DNA of 64,000 nucleotides from Escherichia phage vB_EcoM_H12, in the sequence record PP952733.1; one strand, written 5' to 3'. A program made the translations under genes and the position numbers. The notes beneath the pieces are model-generated. The model saw nothing but the letters and a program-made list of their open reading frames with translations. It did not search any database and was not told the origin of the DNA. Positions 59,961 to 64,000 of the stretch are shown one piece after another. Numbering within the stretch: position 1 is the stretch's first letter; every line of letters begins with the position of its first letter.

Positions 59961-62195
59961 ATGATTAAGACAATTAAAAAATCAAACGGTACAGTAGTAA
60001 GCTTTGACCCAGAAAGACTGAATAAGTGGGCATCATGGGCAGATAAGCGTGGAATTATCTGGTCAGAAGTCACTATGGAAGCCATGAAGCGTGTCTATGA
60101 GGGTTGCACTACAAAAGAGATGCACCAAGCCATGATTGATGTTTGTGTTGATAAACAAACTCAAGAGTACTCAGATATGGCTGGACGGCTACTTCTGGGG
60201 ATTATCTACAAAGAAGCCTTTGGAGGCTTTACTAAGGTTCCTACGCTGGTTACCTTCGTTAAAAATATGGAGAGAGCAGGACTTTGGGAGAAGATGGACT
60301 ATTCTCAGGAAGAGCTTGAATATCTGCAAGGATACATTGTGCACTCAAAAGATATCTCTTACGGCTATGCAGTGTTGAAACAGTTCAGAGATAAATATGG
60401 TATCCGTGATATTAAAACGGGAAGACTTTTTGAGTCACCACAATTTATGTTTATGGGTATGGCTATGAAAGCCTTTGAGAAGCAACCAAAGCACCGTAGA
60501 CTGCAAGATGTTATTAAGCTGTACACTTACCTATCTGACCTGAAGATTAATGCTCCTACACCTTATCTGAATGGTTTACGTGCTACTAAGTCAGGTTATG
60601 CGTCATGCTGTTTGATTAAGGCAAATGATACTGCTGAGTCTCTTGGTATTGCTGCAAAGGTTGCTTATAATATGACCACAAAGCAAGCTGGTATTGGTAT
60701 GCTGATGGAGACACGTACTATTGGTGATGGTATCCGTCAAAATACGATTGAGCACATGGGTAAACTACCTTATTACAAGCTTGTACGTTCATCTGTAGAG
60801 GCAAACAAACAGAAGAGTCGTGGCGGTTCAGCTAATAACTTCTACACTGCTCTAGACCCGCAGATTGAAGATTTACTGCGTTTGAAGCACCCTACAACGG
60901 TTCCTTCTAAACGTATTAATGAGATGGACTATTCATTCGGCACAAACGATTATTTCTGGCAGTGTGTTCAGTATGATACAGATTGGTTGCTATTCTCTTA
61001 CAAAGATGCACCAAAACTCTATGACATGTTCTACACAGCATCTGCTGATGAGTTTGCTATGGCAGTTGGTCATGCAGTACATTCAGGTGTTAAGCACAGA
61101 CGAGTCAAGGCTCGTGAAATTGCTAAGCTGTTTATTCAACAGCGTTATGCTACAGGTCGTGTGTATCCATTCTTCACTAACAATGCAAACACACATACAC
61201 CATTTAAAGAACCATTGAAGATGTCAAATCTTTGTATGGAAATTGTATTGCCAGTGTATGGTTTTGAGAAAGAGACAGACCTTTACAGAGACGATGCTGT
61301 GAAAGAGGATGGTGAGGTGGCTCTTTGCTTCCTAGCTAGTTTGGTTGCAGGGAGAATTTCAGAAGATGAATACGCTGACGTTGCTTATTATGCTCTTGCA
61401 ATGGTTGACTCCGTTATTGACCTTATGGATTATCCGTATCCGTCGATGCGTAACCATGTTCAGAAGCGTCGTTCTGTTGGGATTGGCCTTACAAATGTGG
61501 CTCATTACCTTGCGAAGAACTACGTGAACTATTCTTCAAGAGCAGGTAAGACGAAGCTTCATGAGCTTGCTGAAATGCACTCTTACTACTTACACGAAGC
61601 TTCTTTGAGACTTGCTAAAGAGCGTGGTGTTCCAGAGTACATGAAGTTCACTAAGTATCCTGAAGGATGGGTTCCTCCAAAAACAGCTAACAAGAAGATT
61701 GATGAAAAGCATGACGCAAAACTACGATATGATTGGGATGACTTAGCACAGCGTATCAAAGAAAATGGTGGAATCCGAAACTCTGTATTAGAAGCTTACA
61801 TGCCTAATGAGAGTTCTTCACTAGCAACTAATACGACAAATGGCTTGTACCCAATTCGTGACTTTATTTTAACTAAAAAGTCTGCAACTGGTAACGTGCT
61901 GTTTATTGTTCCAGATTATGAAGAGTTGAAGTATGTCTATGAAATTGCTTGGGGTATTGACACCTTTGACCTGATTGATTGTTATGCAATTGTTCAAAAG
62001 TTCACTGGTCAAGCTATCTCTTCAGATTTCTATGTTGACTACGCAAAAGCTAAGAAGGTATCATTGGCTCAAGCTTTGAAATACATGATTTATGCTAACT
62101 CAGTAGGTATGAAAACCATGTACTACCTTAACAGTCGCATTGGTGTAGGTAAATCTGCACTACAAGATGCTTATTGCGAGGGTTGTGGTGTTTAG
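59961..62195 (+). CDS. nrdA: ribonucleotide reductase large subunit (class I, NrdA-like)
   Basis: 744 aa; active-site-like NLCMEI; C-terminal Cys pair (CEGCGV); followed by small subunit gene. Confidence 0.85.
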   Translation: MIKTIKKSNGTVVSFDPERLNKWASWADKRGIIWSEVTMEAMKRVYEGCTTKEMHQAMIDVCVDKQTQEYSDMAGRLLLGIIYKEAFGGFTKVPTLVTFVKNMERAGLWEKMDYSQEELEYLQGYIVHSKDISYGYAVLKQFRDKYGIRDIKTGRLFESPQFMFMGMAMKAFEKQPKHRRLQDVIKLYTYLSDLKINAPTPYLNGLRATKSGYASCCLIKANDTAESLGIAAKVAYNMTTKQAGIGMLMETRTIGDGIRQNTIEHMGKLPYYKLVRSSVEANKQKSRGGSANNFYTALDPQIEDLLRLKHPTTVPSKRINEMDYSFGTNDYFWQCVQYDTDWLLFSYKDAPKLYDMFYTASADEFAMAVGHAVHSGVKHRRVKAREIAKLFIQQRYATGRVYPFFTNNANTHTPFKEPLKMSNLCMEIVLPVYGFEKETDLYRDDAVKEDGEVALCFLASLVAGRISEDEYADVAYYALAMVDSVIDLMDYPYPSMRNHVQKRRSVGIGLTNVAHYLAKNYVNYSSRAGKTKLHELAEMHSYYLHEASLRLAKERGVPEYMKFTKYPEGWVPPKTANKKIDEKHDAKLRYDWDDLAQRIKENGGIRNSVLEAYMPNESSSLATNTTNGLYPIRDFILTKKSATGNVLFIVPDYEELKYVYEIAWGIDTFDLIDCYAIVQKFTGQAISSDFYVDYAKAKKVSLAQALKYMIYANSVGMKTMYYLNSRIGVGKSALQDAYCEGCGV

Positions 62196-62207
62196 TTTTA
62201 ACAACTA

Positions 62208-62227
62208 TGAGGGTCGTAAAAGACCCT
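62208..62227 (+). promoter_or_regulatory. Hairpin GAGGGTC-GTAAAA-GACCCTC between nrdA and downstream ORF
   Basis: 7-bp perfect stem; no T-run, so attenuator or processing site rather than a canonical terminator. Confidence 0.4.
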
Positions 62228-62250
62228 CTAAAAATAACTTTGGAGAGACC

Positions 62251-62526
62251 ATGTTAGAACTTATTAAAGCTGCAAGATTGAGAAGTAAAGATAGCTCATT
62301 GTATTTGTATTATGCGCCAAGAAAATCACTGTACTATATTGCAGATTTAGATTTAAAAGTTAAAATGCCAGATGGCTCTTGGAAAGAGCATATACGTTAC
62401 ACTGACTGTTTCAATCCTAAACAGACATATGCAAGGCCACTTGACATGTTTAAAACCGAACGCTGGGTTGTAATGACAACACCTGAAGCCAGAGAATTTC
62501 TTAATACAGGAAGATTACCAGAATGA
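62251..62526 (+). CDS. hypothetical protein (91 aa) between nrdA and nrdB
   Basis: Start moved to ATG 62251 preceded by GGAGAG; track ORF 62167 overlaps nrdA. Confidence 0.4.
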   Translation: MLELIKAARLRSKDSSLYLYYAPRKSLYYIADLDLKVKMPDGSWKEHIRYTDCFNPKQTYARPLDMFKTERWVVMTTPEAREFLNTGRLPE

Positions 62527-63596
62527 TTAACCAACACCCAATCTTTTTAGGTGGTGAGAGAAAAACTTTTGACTCACTTAACAAGCACTACCCAAAAATC
62601 TTTGAACTTTATAAACAACAAAAAGCACAAGACTGGTCAGAAGATGAGTTCCCTTTTGAACAATCCCGTCTTGATTTTGAGAGTGTCCCAGCATCAATGT
62701 CAGGTGTAATGCTTGAGATTCTTAAGTGGCAGTGGGAAGCAGACACTCAAGTTGCTAAGAGCTTGGCATTTGCCTTTGCACCCTTTATCTCTGATGACAT
62801 CTATGCAACTGCAATTATGAAGCAGTCTGAGATTGAAAACCTACATGCTCTTACTTACTCAGAGATTGTAAGACAATGTATTAAAAACCCTGAAACAATC
62901 TTAGATGAGATTAACCAGAATGTTGCTGTGCAAGACCGATTAAAAACTGTGAATCGTGTTCTTGAAGAATTATTGGATGAAGGGATAAACTACCGACTGA
63001 GTTATGTCCGTGATTCACTTCTGGACAAAGACCCTTTACACTTCCATAAAGTGATTCTAAAAGGTCTATTTGCAGTGACTGCACTTGAAGGTATATCTTT
63101 TATGGCATCCTTTGCATGTACTTTTGCACTTGATGCTCAAGATAAATTTCAGGGTATTGCTCAAGCTGTCCAGAAAATTATGCTTGATGAAATCCTTCAC
63201 ACTAAAATTGATATTGAAGTTTTAAAAGAAACTTTAAGAGATGATGAGTGGCAAAAAGCTTTCCAACAAATTCTTCCAGAGATTAAAGTAATCTTAGATG
63301 AAGTAGTTGAAAGTGAAGAAAAATGGTCGTATTATATCTTCTCCGAAGGACGTGCTGTAGTTGGTTTAAATACAAAGCTTCTTCATGAGTGGGTTTACTA
63401 TAATGCTGCCCCACTGTATGATATGTTTGGCATTCCCAGAGATTTTGTAGCTCCTAAAGAACCACCTTTGAAGTATATGATTAAGAAGATGGAAATTGAT
63501 AAAGAGCAGAATGCTAATCAGGAGCAACAGAACGGTGCGTACCTGTTGAATACTGTTGTAGATGATTTGAATAGTGGATTTTTAGAGGTTCCTTAA
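62523..63596 (+). CDS. nrdB: ribonucleotide reductase small subunit (NrdB-like)
   Basis: 357 aa; position directly after nrdA; helical ferritin-like segments (EILHTKIDIE). Confidence 0.8.
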   Translation: MINQHPIFLGGERKTFDSLNKHYPKIFELYKQQKAQDWSEDEFPFEQSRLDFESVPASMSGVMLEILKWQWEADTQVAKSLAFAFAPFISDDIYATAIMKQSEIENLHALTYSEIVRQCIKNPETILDEINQNVAVQDRLKTVNRVLEELLDEGINYRLSYVRDSLLDKDPLHFHKVILKGLFAVTALEGISFMASFACTFALDAQDKFQGIAQAVQKIMLDEILHTKIDIEVLKETLRDDEWQKAFQQILPEIKVILDEVVESEEKWSYYIFSEGRAVVGLNTKLLHEWVYYNAAPLYDMFGIPRDFVAPKEPPLKYMIKKMEIDKEQNANQEQQNGAYLLNTVVDDLNSGFLEVP

Positions 63597-63838
63597 TGAC
63601 TTATGTGATTTACTCCAAAACTGGATGCCCTCAGTGTGAGACTGCAAAGAATTTTGCAAAAGCTCGTGGTATTGACCATGTTGTGAGAATGTTAGGGCAG
63701 GATTATGAACTGTCAGACCTGATGGATATTGCACAGATGCCAGTTCGTCAGATGCCATTCATCATGAAAACTGATGGACAAAGCCTAAAGCCTGTTGGGA
63801 CGCTACAGAATTTTATGGCAGAGGTGAATAATGCTTAA
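63596..63838 (+). CDS. glutaredoxin-like (NrdH-type) redoxin
   Basis: CPQC redox motif near N-terminus; 80 aa; directly after nrdB. Confidence 0.6.
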   Translation: MTYVIYSKTGCPQCETAKNFAKARGIDHVVRMLGQDYELSDLMDIAQMPVRQMPFIMKTDGQSLKPVGTLQNFMAEVNNA

Positions 63839-64000
63839 ACGCATTTGGGAAGGTTTGGTTGTTGATGCACCAGCTATTGTGATTGGTATGCTGATTGTTA
63901 ACCTATTTACTGATTTTGAACAAGGTTCATTGTTTGGGGCCATGTTACTATGGGTTATCTTTGAAATATTAGAGATACAGCTAGGCATCACTGAAAAACT
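63829..64000 (+). CDS. partial ORF, hydrophobic small protein (runs off window end)
   Basis: ATG 63829 overlapping the redoxin stop; hydrophobic stretch; no stop before the window end. Confidence 0.3.

Noticed and set aside
59961-62195. Intein or intron insertion in nrdA, DNA polymerase or terminase
   Set aside because: Lengths (744, about 900 and 533 aa) are normal for these families and the reading frames are continuous

Overview
This window reads as a contiguous segment of a large, AT-rich tailed-phage genome, probably a contractile-tailed virus; all calls come from motif recognition in the ORF translations and by-eye RNA folding, with no database search run. Layout: (1) 1-1100, a non-coding array of short direct repeats; (2) 1181-8826, a leftward block of small unknown ORFs plus a GH24 endolysin and an Ig-like repeat protein; (3) 9055-40245, a rightward block with a vWA/MIDAS protein, an array of about 27 tRNA genes interspersed with structured RNA-like elements and two ORFs, then a late module from terminase to two tail fibers; (4) 40281-50876, a leftward block with thymidylate synthase, DHFR, an HTH regulator, DNA ligase and a family-A DNA polymerase; (5) 51134-64000, a rightward replication block with dNMP kinase, T7 gp4-like primase-helicase, SSB-like protein, RNase H/FEN, a GIY-YIG endonuclease and ribonucleotide reductase. 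The most interesting signal is at 9508-12064: a vWA protein with the domain layout expected of a Ro60-like protein sits just upstream of four stem-closed RNA-like elements showing compensatory base changes, one of which carries a permuted tRNA-like module as in bacterial Y RNAs. Also notable: three tRNAs with leucine anticodons but short variable arms, a 1.1-kb repeat array, three ~130-bp ACC-rich intergenic repeats, and a probable -1 frameshift site in the tail chaperone gene.
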